From Obrimoposthia wandeli (lineage: Eukaryota): a stretch of DNA of 64,000 nt. This document shows positions 44,701 through 59,700 of the stretch, piece after piece. The stretch covers positions 310,001-374,000 of the forward strand of contig CDROCS010000852.1 in assembly GCA_977020255.1 (NCBI GenBank), written 5' to 3'. The notes under the pieces are model-generated. The model did not search any database. It was not told where the DNA came from and was given only the letters and a program-made list of their open reading frames with translations. The first letter of the stretch is position 1, and each line of letters starts with the position of its first letter. A program made the position numbers and the translations under genes.

Positions 44701-47700
44701 ATGTTTGAAAATAAGAAAATCGGTTGCAACCCTGTCTGGTGAGTATGTATGATGTGGAAGGACTTCATATTTCAAGTCTCTGAATTTATCCTTCTTTCAA
44801 AACGAAAGATAAGGCCTGACTTTATAGGAGAGCAAAATGGGTTCTTCCCCATTAGCTTAACTGGCTTGTTCCAAAAATAATCTTTGATTACATATATCAA
44901 TCTCGTTGCAATATAAGTTGTAAGATTGATTGTTTCATCTGCATTCAAAAAGCTGGATTGTATACTACCCATAATATACAATCAAATAGTTATCATAACC
45001 TTTTTCGGTGGAATTCTGATTTTGATATGGCCTGTGATGCTTCATCAGATTTACACCAATGCAATGAACATTTTTTGTTGTTATACTTTATCTACTTTTT
45101 ATTGCTAGTTAAGAAACATTCTAGAAAACTACATTCATATTATCACAAAAAAAAGTGATGAATAAATAATAATCTTTTGACTTTTAAAATTACGGTTAAT
45201 TCATGAGGTATCTTATTTTCTAACTTTTTCACAATATTCATTACAAACAAATGTCTGGAAATGGTTGAGCAGTGTACCTGAAACATATTTGCGAGTTACA
45301 GATAAATATCCTAAAGATTTTATCATACAGCTTGCTTTAGGTAGTTTTTATATATGGCTAATGCAGCTCACAACTTACCCGGCTGTCTAAGTCAGTGATG
45401 GCAGACTTAAACTTTTCAAATAATCATTTGAGAATTCTTTTTAGCGGAACCTCCATCAAAAGCTATATTTATATTTCTGAATACCTTCACTACCATGTGC
45501 TCTAATTTTTTTTCATATAAAAACAATCTGCTTTTGGTTTCGATTCATATCAAATTCTGAGTCACTTTTCTAATATAAAAAATATAAATTGTGCTACATA
45601 CCATATAAATGTATTAAGTTCGCAATAAATTAATAATTCAGATACAACATTAAACAACATTAACCGAAATATTAATATTTAAAACCTATATTTATTATGC
45701 AACAACTTAATATATTCTGAAATTGAAGAATATTAGTAATTAAATATTCCCCCGTTGAGCTCATACTATTCTCTTCCATTGTCTAAGCATGTATTCTATA
45801 GTATTAAAAATTGCAAATAACAGGACGAATAGTTTATATCGAAACGACTTAGTCATTTATATGAAACGATACTTTACAGGAAAAAAAAACAACTTCCAAA
45901 TGCATATTGATAATCACAACGTTCATTTCTTCCATGAAAAAATGAACCCAACGCTATATGTTGAAGTTTATATGCACTTGTACAATGCTAAAATGATTTT
46001 TTTCCATATCAGTATTTTCAGTTCAATTTTTCTAACTTCAGAACTGGAACTATTTTGAGGATTTCTTATCTTTTAGTGAATATCCTTAAATACATCACAT
46101 ATTAATTTGAAATTCTTATTTTTCGATGAAAACTAAATTTCCGTTTTGATTATCTAGTAAACATTTAATAAAGAGTCTCGGCTACCGTTGTAGCAATAAC
46201 ACGGCTAATTTTTCATAAGACCCTCTATAAAATTATCTATAGCAAATTCTTACTGTTATAATTAGCAATAGTAGTGATTGAAATAGATCTAGAAAACTGT
46301 TCATATGATTTTTGTTTTATATTGCTAATGCACGCTAATGAATAGTAATCCAACAACCAATCTTAGATGCTATATAATTGCATTTCTACAGAGCTTTGAG
46401 CTCGAATTTTTGCTTTAATTTGCTTTTTTTACAGTTTTACAAGTCCTGATCAAGTGTTACAAACATTTATGAAGTTTTCTTTCGATTACACAAACCCCTT
46501 TCGAATGCTTGAATCATTCCCCCCCTATTTTCAATGGAGGTATTTTTATCTTTCTTTTGTAGAATTTTTGTAAATAATAAAATAATGAAACAGTTTTATA
46601 ATTATTAGGCATATGTTTTAATTTTCATCTTAAATTTATACCATGTAACGGAATTTTGTAACAATATAAATAAAGGAAATATTTTATTAAAAAATATTGC
46701 ATACAACAAGCTATTTAGTTTTAATAAAATTTAATAATCATTTATTTAAATAATATAAAGTATTATAAATTATCGTTACCTTGAATAATTTCGCTGAATA
46801 TAAATATGTTTGTTTTTATGTTAAATGAAAATGTGTAACAATATATTATATTTTAAAGATAAACTGATAAACACATTATATATAATGTAAAACAACCCTT
46901 TTTACTAATAATGTTTATTAATCTTTTAGGAAAAGCCGAATAAAGGTTTTGAATATCTTCTAAAGATAAACTGTTCCATTCTTTAGAAAAAGAATTTTAT
47001 AGTTGAATTAAATTGGAGAAACTAAATTTTTTGATAAATCCGTACAAGAAATATTTCTCAGACATTTTCAATAATATTCCGTTCTGAGGAATAAGCTGGC
47101 CAATCTGTGTATGTAATTGACTGCGTAATTGACTCACATTTATAAAGTGTTCTGGTTAGATACCATGATATCAATTCTAATAGATAAAAAATTAATTAAA
47201 ATTAGAATCCAGGTAATGTTCATCAGAAATTTTCACTAATATTTCGGTCTGAGGAATAAACTGGTCAATCTGTGTGTGTAATTAACTGACTCAAGTCGTT
47301 GACTTTTTAAAACCTTGTCTGTTGAAAAAATATATTCCCTAACCATCTTCAATAAAAAAATAATCCAAATTGATGAAACATTTATATAAATGAAGTTCTT
47401 GTATCAATATATTTTTATATATGTCCTTGGTCAAAAATTTAAACAAATCAAATTTTAGTATGCAACATTTTTAGATACACACATTTCTTGAATATACACA
47501 CATATAGTGAAAAAACTTGTTTAAAATGTGTTGACATTAGGATTATGACAAAAAATTCAAATATTTAAATTGCAGATAAAATGACAATTTTCAAATTTAA
47601 TTAAAATACGTATCCCATAAACATATAAACGATAATACAGCATACTATAATATAATGTATAATATATATTTTGTAATTAACAAAAAATATAAATTTAGAT

Positions 47701-50700
47701 GTAAAAAATTAATTTAGATATATTTGTCAGTGACACTTGTAGATATCAGATCTTTCATAACTTTTATTGATCTTTCTGATATTTGATTACTTTAGGGAAT
47801 ATCGAAAGGAGTTGGTTTTGATTGCCAGTGTTTACTAAAAATAATTTTAGGAGAATTTAATATTAACCTATATGATTTAAAATTTTACAATCATATTGAA
47901 ATATTATTACTCATCTACATTACATATAAGATTTCTTTATATTTTTAGTCATAACCTTACATATCTAAAATATAATTATGTCATATTTTTAAAATTGAAT
48001 TACATTTATTTGTAAGTAGTCAGTTTTAAATACATTAAACTTACGAATATTTGTATGGAAAAAGGTTCAATTAAAAATAACTTTTATTTGTAAAGGTAAA
48101 AGTATCTATATTATTTTATACTCTTCATAAATTGAAAAGCAATTTGTTTAACTTTATTAATTAGCTTAATAATTAGCTTAAGATAATATATTGAATAACA
48201 AATTATGTAGATTAACAATATATAGTAAAGTGGCATGGTTATTCTACATCATAATGTATTCATTCGAAATAGATTGAGACTTTACCGTTAATTTACTGTC
48301 AAACAGTTGTGAGAAAGTTCAACCCTAGAATGATGCTAAAAATTAAGTTTTTGATTGAGAGAATGGTTTACAATATTACGACAAATGGATTGTTGTAATT
48401 ACTGAATTCCCATTCAAGTATTCTATGTTAAGCATGTCGAAATTCATTAATTAAATATGTTTTCGAAACGTTTTATATTGTAATTATCTGTTTTAATTGC
48501 TTAAAGATGAATGGCAACTTTGACTTTGTATATAAATTTTCAAGTTCTAATAATGACACTCATGTGCGCCTTGATAAAAAACATTTCAAATATCCATTGT
48601 TGACGGAAAATTAAGGATTGATAATCAGTTTAAATATCAAACTTATTTGTTGGTGATATTATATTAGGGTTTAGAAAGTTTGTCAATACATCCAGCTAAT
48701 TCATCAAAAACTTTACATAAACCGGTTATACTGCTCAGTTTGAAAATCAGAATGAGTTGCCATTATAGATTAGAAAAAATCAAGTTTTCGAATTAAAGAA
48801 AGTTAAACGTATTTGTGAGATGGCTAAAATAAAATATAATTATATTTAAATAATGTATTAAATTATAATATATATTTAGATGATTCTAGAATGTTAGGAA
48901 GAGTGATTGAGTGAATGTATGATATGCTCAATAATTGAATTATCGCATTATATCCTCAGTCGAAGGTCAATGACGAAAGAAACTAACATGGCGACCCCGC
49001 TACTTCAATTTGTTAAGCCACCGGAGCAGTATCAAATTGGAGAGAATATCAAAGGTTTTATCGAAGATATCCAGAGATTATTCAAATTGACACAACTAGA
49101 AGAAGCAAAGATACAGCACATTCGGGTACAAGCACTTTTAACTACAAAAACAGCTAAGAAATTTGACGCAGTAAAACCAGACGTATCAAGAAATCCTTCT
49201 TTAAGTTTTCAAGGAGAAAACAACGTTAGAGTAAGATTTGTCAGCTGTATTGGAGTTAAAGAAGAATTCAATGTCGGTGTCCGAATATTTTGAATAAATT
49301 TATTAGCTGACTGAAAAAAGACAGTTTCAACATATTTCCCTTCAATAATTCTCTTAATGATTACAAGATGAAGAAACAATTCAAATTGCAGAAAATAGAA
49401 GATAAAGAAGCTATGAAAAACAGGCTCCCAAGATTAGAATGAATAAGGAAAGAAACTGGAGAAATAAATGCTATCAAGCTTAGTTATAGCGATATGATAC
49501 AAAAAATAAATTGCAGTTTAAGAAGAAGGAACCAATTTTTAATAACCAGAGAAGAAATAATCAAAGTTATTCAAGACCATATTTCCGAAATAAAGAAACA
49601 AATGTAATATCATGAGAAGACACAATAGGAATTACGATCATGAAGAAATCAGAAGATTGAAAAAGTGCTGAAGAAGCGAATGTTCAAGCGTTAAATGCCA
49701 TCATTGTCAGAAAAATGGACGCTTTAAGTATCAGTGCTCTGAAGCATATCTAGAACGAATAAGAAGACAAGCTGTAGTAATTGACGGATACCACAAAGAA
49801 ACAGAGAAATACCACTTAAATGACTGCAATTTAAACTACATAGCTTCCTGCGAGAGGAGGTGATCTTGGAGCATTAGAGATCTTGTGAGTGATTCTTTTA
49901 TTGAGTATAGTATGATTGAGAATGGTTTGTGTAAAAAATTTAAGTATAATAATAATTGCATATTTGATGTTGATTGTGAATGTTTGGTTGATGATCTTTT
50001 TAATAATATTTTTACTAAAAATAGTATTACATATCGTTATGTTTCGGTTTGTAATTTAAATAGCAATAAAATTTAACAAAATAAAAACTATATTATAAAA
50101 TATTAATCGAAGAGAAGTAGGCCTCATGTTTGAATAAGAGTCGAAGATAATTATTATGAGTGTTTGTTAGATAACAATGCAACCATAATGTAATTGAAAG
50201 TAGTTTATTAAGTGATGAAATACTAAAGACGATGGAGTACAATGATTTGAAAGTAAATTGTAATAATGAGAGCTCATTAGCTATTTTATGAAAAATTAAA
50301 CTATCATTGGAGATAAAAGGCATTGACGACAAGCATGACGAATGGTTATATGTTGCTCGAAAGATTTCTCTCAAGATAATTGGTGGCACAAACTGTTTAA
50401 ATAATTTCAATATAAAATTGACATTTGAAAATGATATTATACCTAATAATTAAAGTGCCAGTAAAGAAGTACGATTTAATATTTATGAAACATAAGTGGG
50501 ATGTTGGAAAGACGTATCTTTTAAAGTATGATATCTTAACGAGTTCAAAAGCAATTAAAATTCATCCTAGACGACAACAAGCTCACCTATTGAATAAAAT
50601 GGAATTATGAGAATGCAAATCTTTATGGAATTCTTCATTAGTCTGTATCACAAAGAAAGATACTGAGGAGTAAGAATATGTTTAAATTTTCGATTATTAT

Positions 50701-53700
50701 ACGAAGTTACGTAAAAACCTGTATTTCCAATACCAAATATTGCTTAAATTGTGGATAGCCTCAGATGTGCTAGATATTTTTAAACTATTGACCTCGGAAA
50801 TGCATACTATCAAGTTAAATTGGAGGAATGCTCACAACCTAAAACAGCTTTTTCAACTAAACATAAACTATACTGTTTTACTAGAATGCTTTTCGGAATC
50901 GCAGCAGCTCCAGCTACCTTTCAACGGTTGATGAATACGGTTCTCAGAAATATTAATTGGAAAACTGCGATTGTATATTTTAGTTTATTCAAAGACATTA
51001 TCAGATCATTACGAAAACATAGAGGCAGTGTTTTCAAGAATACATGAAGCCGGTCTTAAGATAAGCACTTAAAATGTGTGTTTTTCCTAAAATGCAAGTT
51101 AAATTTCTAGGTCATACATTAGACGAACGTGGTTTAAGAACAAATCCCAAAAAGATTGATGTTATTTTAAATTTTAGTAGGCCTAAGTGTATTAGAAAGT
51201 TTAGAAGTTTTTTGGGTCCATTGAATTATAAGCAAAAGTTTATAAACAGTTATACAAAATACTTGAAGGTATTATAAAATTTATATACTAATATAAATAA
51301 GAAGCTTATTTGGACAAGTGATTGTGAAGATGCATTTGTGGAATTAAATACAAAATTATGTGAAGCTCCTGTGTTGGCGTTTCCAGATTATACAAAGCTA
51401 TTTAGCCTGGATACATATACAAGTTTTGATCGAATAGGAGCTGTATTGTTACAATTAGAAGATAATAATAAATAAAGAGTAATTGCTTATGGATCTCATG
51501 TTATGTCTCCAAATGAGATCGTCCTTGTATTACAAGGAAGGAATTACTGACAGTTTACATTTTTACTAATAATCTTAAGCTCAAAGATTTACGTTTAGAA
51601 CAGATCTTCCGGCAATAACATTTATGATTAAAATCCAGAAGTCAATAACAGCACAATTCCAGACGTGGATAAATTATTTAAGTAGTCTAGATATAGAATT
51701 TCAATATCAGAAAGGAGATATCTACATAAATACTGATTCATTATAAAAGAATGAATGTTGACCATGCGTACAATGTCAGTCAATTAATACAGAACCAAAG
51801 TTATCTAGTTTGAAAACAAGAATAATGGCTTTAATAGCAGAAAATGGAGGTGAACAAAGGCAACAATATAGTGACGAAATTATTTAAATAAAGAATAGAA
51901 TCAGTGAAGGATTAGATGATTTTGAGACTGAATATGGAATAGTAAAGACAAAAGAAGGGAAATTATGGATACCAGAAAACAGTAAAATTCAATTTATTTC
52001 AAAATACGACAAAAATTTATTAATTAATAGAAAGTCATATTTTCAATTTGCAACAAATGTGATTAAATTATTTACAATTTTATCTCAAACACCCAAACAA
52101 ATGTATATAAATATATTAAATTGTAAAAAAAAATCATTCAATTTTTAACTGAAAACTTTATCATAAAAATATTTTTACAATGCTGCGGTCGACCATAATC
52201 AAAATCTGTTTATTAAAAATTTTAAGATTTTAAATGATAACAAAACATTTTTGTTTCAATTACAGAGCTTTCTATAAAGCACTCACCAGAAGAATTTGCA
52301 CTCGCAATTCTCCTCGACGATCATCTCATATGTGTGGTGACCTTGATTGCAGCACAAGGACGAACAGGAATCATGTTCCAGAGACGTGAAGTTGCACTCG
52401 CGACCACCGGTTCCCGGGTGACCTAAATGCGAGTTTAGAGTAAAAGAAAAAGCAAAAATAACATTTATCTGCATGTATGCAAACTGTATTTTGTGAATTA
52501 CTTTCAATGAATTTGCGACAGTTATTTTTAATCATTCTGTAAATAAAATGGACATATTGCTGAAGAATGAAGATTTGAAATTTACTTGGACTAAAAGCAA
52601 TGTTCTTACCGATTGCACTATCGGGACTGCAGAAGTCGGGAGACCGATCCAAGAAAACCATACGACGGCGCGAGGGTCGTCTGTAGTGGTTGCGCTCTAG
52701 CACAAGACCATTCTGTTGCCGGTTGAAGATAACCAGTTGCGATCGACGATAGAGTCGCTTCAGTGTCTCGCCGATATTCCGGAAATCGGTGAGACGTTGC
52801 CAGCAAGTTCGCAGAGAGCAGGCTCCGCTCACACCGTGGCACTTGCACTTTTTCAAGCGCGTCTTCCACACCACCTACAGCAGCGGTGGCAGACTCAACA
52901 CTCAAGATGTACAGTTATTTGAATCACTGATTATCTCTCATTTGCATAATTCTCCAACATGAATAAACTTTACCTAAAAGCCTAGAAGATTAAAATGTAC
53001 TGTTCTATTAAACACAAGTATATTTAAACCCAAATTAAGTCACTAATACAGCACAACATAAAATGTTTCCCTTTAATGAAGAGATTTTTTACGGATGATA
53101 CAAAAACAAGTTAAAATAATGATTTAATGTATCAAAATGGATCTTTAATGTACATATATTTATTTTACTAAGCTTTTCTGTAATAATTCTTCATAATTTA
53201 TCAAATCAAACTTGCTTGACATTATATTGTATCTGGAATTTCATATCACGGATTAATGAGGTAGCCCATGATCCCAGACCACGAATTATTCTACTCTGTC
53301 GACAAAACGATGCCTCAGTCATATGGTTCGTCAAAATTGAACTTAAACACTATTTAATTTTAGGTATGGTATATGGTCTCAAATATACTTGATCCATTGC
53401 TGCCCTTGCTTCAGTTGTGGAATTGTCATTCACATAGGCATAGCCAAAAGTAACCTTGTTCTTGTGACCAAATATCTGCATACTCTCATCAACAGGACAT
53501 TTTCATGCTGCTGGAATCTATCGTAAAGAACCACTTCAGTAACATCAGTTTCCAGATCTCCAACATATAGACTCGCACAAGTAACAAAACTGACAATATA
53601 CTCTTTATTATCACTTTATCAACAATACTCAAAACAATTTTCCAATTCAACTATCATCACATAAAATCATATCACGACTGAACGAACAATAAAATGTCTG

Positions 53701-56700
53701 TATTATATTAAATTTATTAAATAAAACAGAAACTTTATACAATGACTAAATTATTTAATAAAAAAAAAGAAGTTTGTTAACAATAACTAGTTAACCATAA
53801 ATTAAAAAACATTGTTAAAATTAAGAATATTTAAGTAATAATTAATTTTAGCTCTTAATTAATAATTATCATATAAATTCAATTTGATCCTGCTCAGTGA
53901 TGCTAAATAAAAAATCGAATCAACAAATGTATCATATGTTGATAAATAGTATTTCAAAAGAAATCATCAAAATATTGTTTTTTTTAATTTAATTCTCTAA
54001 TTAATGAACTTACATTATCAAAAAACTTTTGAATCGTATGTCCTATAAAAATGTACGAAACATTAAATTATTGTTCTAAAATTATTGAGTTGACGAAAAC
54101 TTATTTTGTGAGCATATTAAATAAGAACAAATTTGTTATCATACGATGCTTTTAAAGTGAGAAATGTAATGATAATGGTGTCACTCATAAAATACCAGTT
54201 ATACAGCGATGTGTAAGAATTTGCATATTATGCATATCTTTGACATGCAATTAAAACACTTAAGAAAGTATAACCATGGGAAAATTAAAGGAGTTATGAT
54301 AAAAAAAACAAGAGCCATCTTTGAAGTTGCAAAAGTTTATAAATTACGAAAGATTTCCAAATTATCCTTGGGAAACTCTTATTATCTCTGACAACCCATA
54401 AAGCCCTCGAACCGCTGTGTTTGGTCTCAAAAATGGTAAACGTTTTAATGACATACATATAATAAAGTAAAATCAACTATTTCTAAATGAAATTATTACT
54501 GGAAATAAAAAAATAATAATAGTCAGCAGATGTAAAGATGTAATTGGGGAAAATTAATTAATAGTGAGCGAATTTTGCTGATTAATATAAAACTGTTCAG
54601 TGTATGATGCGTATCATTTAAACGGTTGCAACAAATCCATATATGGTCATATGATCACCAATTTGCGAAAGACAAATTATTTCAAAAGAAAATTATCTTA
54701 GATCAAAATTGATACATGAAAATAATTATTGATTAAATTTCAGAAATAAGGCTTTCTTATTTTGGGAAATTTAATTAAGTTTCAAATAATATTTATCAAA
54801 ATTCTTCTGTAAAAAAAGATGAGCATAGATTAGAATATTTTTTAAACCTTATGATGGTAAAAAATAAAGTGGTTTCTTTTCTACGATACTCAAAGTGTGT
54901 AACTTGTGTCAGTTTATAGATTTTTATATTTTTTTAAAAATGTTGTTATATCCAAGGATTTTCTGTTTTAGACAATTTTTACTTTTCAATATTTATGATA
55001 ATTTCAAGATTAATAAAGAAAAGTGTTGTTAAATGTTGTAAATATGCCAGTAAACGTAATATGGATAGGCCAGAACACCACCCAGAAAAGGAATGAAAAC
55101 GACGTTTTCAGTCGTGGCCTGCCCTATCCATATTTCCATTACTTTTCACTAAGGAATAGAAATTACAAATTGAAGTTTTCTAAATTTAATTAAGGAACGG
55201 TTTTATAAACTATCTTGGTTTTGAATGACTCTCTATAAAGTAACTCCATACAACTTAGAATGATTTTAAAAATTATGTCCTACTACTAAATAGTCATATT
55301 AAATAGTTCTCTTGCTAAGGTCCAGAAATGGACAAATAAATTATTAAATTAGACGAGGAAATATTAAATCGTTAAATTCTAATAATAATATTTAAAAAAG
55401 GTCACTTGAGGCATTAAAAAAGAATCTACTAACAAAAATTTGAGAACCCCATGGTTGGCCGACGTTCGATTGAAAAATGGAAAGTGTGAGAAATTAAGAA
55501 TCACAGACACACATTTTAGAAATAATATATCTGTAGATGAAAAAACGTATAAAAACTGATACCTGAAGACTTTAGTTGGAAAAGGATTAAGTATAGACAC
55601 ATTTCGTTTAAACCGCTGCATAAAAATGAGTAGTTTGTGTAAATGATTTTATTTCCATGTTCCTTAATGTGCCAGTTTTAGTAATCCAACAATGAAATGG
55701 AATGCTTTGCTAATAATATGCTCTAAAAGTAATATTGACCGTGGTTCATCATCAAATATATCAAAAGGATTAAGTATGGAAGTACGGAAACTTGTCACAA
55801 AGAAGAATTGCTACCCGTAGAGTTAAGTGGACCCTTGTGAAGAATTTCTGAAAGTAAAAGGGGAAGCATGGCGCCCTGCAAAACCATCTGAAAAATAAAA
55901 CAATCAAATTTAGAAACTTAACTTAGTTAAACCATCTCACCATTACATCGTTTCAAACAGTTTCTCTTCGAAATGAAGTTAGGTATGGGATGAATGCAAG
56001 TCCTGCAGTCATGATTACCGATAGTGTGTCTCTCAATATTGTCGAGAAACCTTCTTTACAAACTTTACAAAGGCTCTGAATATAACCGCCGGACTTCTTT
56101 CAAGGAAAACCTTACGACGTAAATTGATTGATACTTATGATTCGGAGAATGTGGAACATGCGTTTTATTCGAATAGTATGGCTGAAATAAGACTGTTAAA
56201 CGTTTAGAGGTTTTCCTTAACGGATTGAAAATGAATCTCCGAATGTTTCTATATAACGAGGACGAACAATTGAATCATACACACTGACAACTCTAAGAGT
56301 ATCACAGACATCATCCAGAATGAGTTAGGTGAGGTACCCGCGCATAATTTTACTCAAAATCATATTCTTAACTTCTACACGTATATTAGTCTTATTGTTT
56401 TAAACTGACAAACACGGTACGGTTCCAGTCACACACTTAGCGTGAATAACCTGAGTTAACACGACACGGAAGCCAGGATTAACAAACATAACATCTAAGA
56501 GTTCTGACTTCATTGTTATATACTTTTAAATCGATTTGTCTCTGCATATCAATCTATGATCAAAATATTTTATTCAAAAACGTGTAATAATACAAATTTG
56601 TCTTGATTTGCTGAGATTTGTTTATTATGAATTATCAAGCTTTACAGAGTGTCTTATAGACATAGTGTCTATAAAGAACACTACATTCAAATTTGATTTT

Positions 56701-59700
56701 TAAAATAACATTTTAAACTTCAGATTTGAGATAGGTATCAGGGTTGGCTCTTCAGTAAGACATATACCTTTAAGAACTCACGTTTATTAAGTGAAATAAA
56801 TCTAACCCCGATACTGTGAAATAAATGTAAGAATACATATTTTTGAATTTTTATAAAATAAGTTCCTATGAACGGAAAGATGCCAATATACCAAAAGTAT
56901 TTTGACTTATATCCTCAATTTCCGATGTAGGGGTAAACTTATGATGAGTTACCGTATTTTCCCGACTATTATGCTTGAGTTATCCATTAATTAAGAAAAT
57001 AAACTTTGATCATCTTGAAAAAAAAATTTATAATTTATTGTAAAAATATTTCCATCGATGTGGTGTTATTTTTAATCATAACTATCTATAAAGAATGCTC
57101 ATCAAAGTCCAATCAAAGCACAACCGTAAAAAATATGATTTCGTATACAACCTCACATCTGAAGAAAATAAAAATCATACTGTGACAAAGAATTCAAAAT
57201 TGATATTTAAAAGATTCGTAAAAGAATTGTTTAAACAAAAGCTGGAGATAAAATAAAATATAATGGATTGAATTTTCTATTTTTATTAGTATTAAAAATG
57301 TAATTATTTTAAGAATCTTTATACTTTCTTTATGTCAGGCAGCAGAAAAATTTAATGTTGATAGAAAAAAATAAAGTCAACAACTAAGTTAGAATTTTCT
57401 TTCGGAAATGTACTAATTTGTCTTTTGAACTTTTCGGTACACTGTTGGTGACTTCTCTATCAGTTGTTACTAATTCTCAATGACGTTTCTTCTATTATTT
57501 CTAATTTGGCACTTTATCTGGTGTAATTAGGTAGTTAAAAACGAATTTTGGGTTAATGTATCCAGATTTTCAATGACTCCGAAGATAAAAATATGCCAAA
57601 GAAATATATTATACAACGCAGTGGTTTTTCCACAGAAATAATAATAAACACCATAAATTTTTGTATGTATTTCGTCTTAAAATTCTATTTTAAGTCAGCA
57701 TAATTTTTATAAATTAAGTCAAACATACGACTAAAATCTATATAATATTATCCATTACAATACAATATTAGATTTCATTAATATTTTACAAAAATTTTAC
57801 TAAATGGGACAATTGGAGGCCATAATTTTGCTCCGCACTTTGAAATGCATTGTGTGAAAATATTTAACGTATAGTGCTGATTCAGAAGTGATCGTGAATC
57901 TGTGAAGAATATGTGAATTTGTGATTTTGTTGAGGAAAATTGTTAAATGAAACAATGAAAACAATATTATTTTATGCAATACATCTACGATTTATTACTT
58001 CAAAGCGCTATCACTATTCCACTGTAGATATTATTTTTCGTAATGTTTTCGTAATAGTGAAATCATCAGTGGTTTCTTTTTTAACATTGGTACAGTTCTT
58101 AAATCCATCGATATATTTTATATGTTCAGAAGTAAAATAGGAAATGCATTTTTATGAATTAATAAAATGTACTTTAAAGTACGATTAGCTGTGATTGAGC
58201 AAAAATACTGAATAACGTGATAGATGAATCGAGTTTTGGCCAATCGAGTGGTATCAAGTCTTGTGGCAGCTGTACACGTGTTGGGGTACCTGCTTTGTGG
58301 AGGATGTTGCTCAATGATTGGTAGTGTGTGCTGTTTGCATTTGTATGGAATGGTGAGCTGTATAAAATTTGTAGTCTGGTGAAATATTCTCCGTGATCTA
58401 ATGCAAATAAAGAAAAATGACTAATTCCGTTACCTGTGTGAGCTTTTACGCTGGATATCTGCATCTTGATGTTACTTAAGTAGTGCTATACGATATATTT
58501 CAGCAGCATGAAAAGGTCCTGTCTATAAGAGTAATCAGATATTTGTTATGAGAAAAAAAGCTTGGCCATGCTTATATGAACTACATTCTCACAATTGGAG
58601 CAAAGACAGCAAAGGATCAAATTGATTTCGAGAACACCATTGCTTTTTTATTTGTGAATTTTTTAATTAATCTGCATTGATCATCGTAGGGCCTAGGATG
58701 CATATACATGTTTACTGCAACAAGTTCAAGAAGATCATATTGAATCTTTTGTAAGAGAATTCATTTTTTAATAATATGTTAGAAGTTGAATATTTCTACC
58801 ACTGATCGGGAGCCAATTGAGCTTCTTAAAATATCCATGTTAGTTTTTAAAAGTTTTGCAAGTGATTTAAGTGATAAGTTGAACTATTACAGAGAGCTTT
58901 TTCATATGACTATTGCCTGTTCTTATCACTTTATTCAATTGAAAACGTAATGTAATGTTTTCATCGAGGACGCAACCAATGTTTTCTATTTACCTTTTTA
59001 AATTAATAATATTTTCATTGACATGTATGTAATCTTTATTGTTAAACCCAGCTAACATTATTCTTAGATCAAAATAATGTAACCTCAGTTTTATTTTCAA
59101 ACATCTTCAATTGTCTTGAATTTATTCATTTATTTTTTTCATTTATAACATTTTCCATTCCATTAGAATCAAAATGTAATACACATGATAGAAGTATATA
59201 TTTGTGTGGTCACCTATGTATCCTGAAGTTGATGATAGATTGATAGTAGACAAGTTTGGCTTCAAACGATACTAAAAAGAAAGTGCTATTGTTTATTTAC
59301 ATACATGAGTTAATCTTTTGAACATAAAATGTTGTCAAAGCAACACTTATATTTCTGTTTGAGTCCAAATATATTTAATGCTCAGCACGCATGTTGTCAA
59401 TTAATATCGTAATTTAAAAACAAATTTTAGAAAAACAGTTGTCAGAAATTCGAAAGAGAAATCTCAACTCACTCTTCGTCCAACTCGGTTGTTGTGAATA
59501 TCCATCTGGATACGACTCTCGTCGATTTTCCGATTATAACTGTCCAGGAATACACGACTGACCTTCATCCCGAATCTGAATATGTGAATAGGGTCCGTTC
59601 TGTGATCATGTGAGAGACAAGCATCTACAATAGCATTCTAAATTTAAAAAACGTTTTGTCTGCTGAAAACTACTCAAATAAAAAAATGACATTCGATATG

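Noticed and set aside
53300-53520. piggyBac-like VDESM fragment, with a related patch at ~58500-58620
   Set aside because: Too short and degraded to assign a superfamily.
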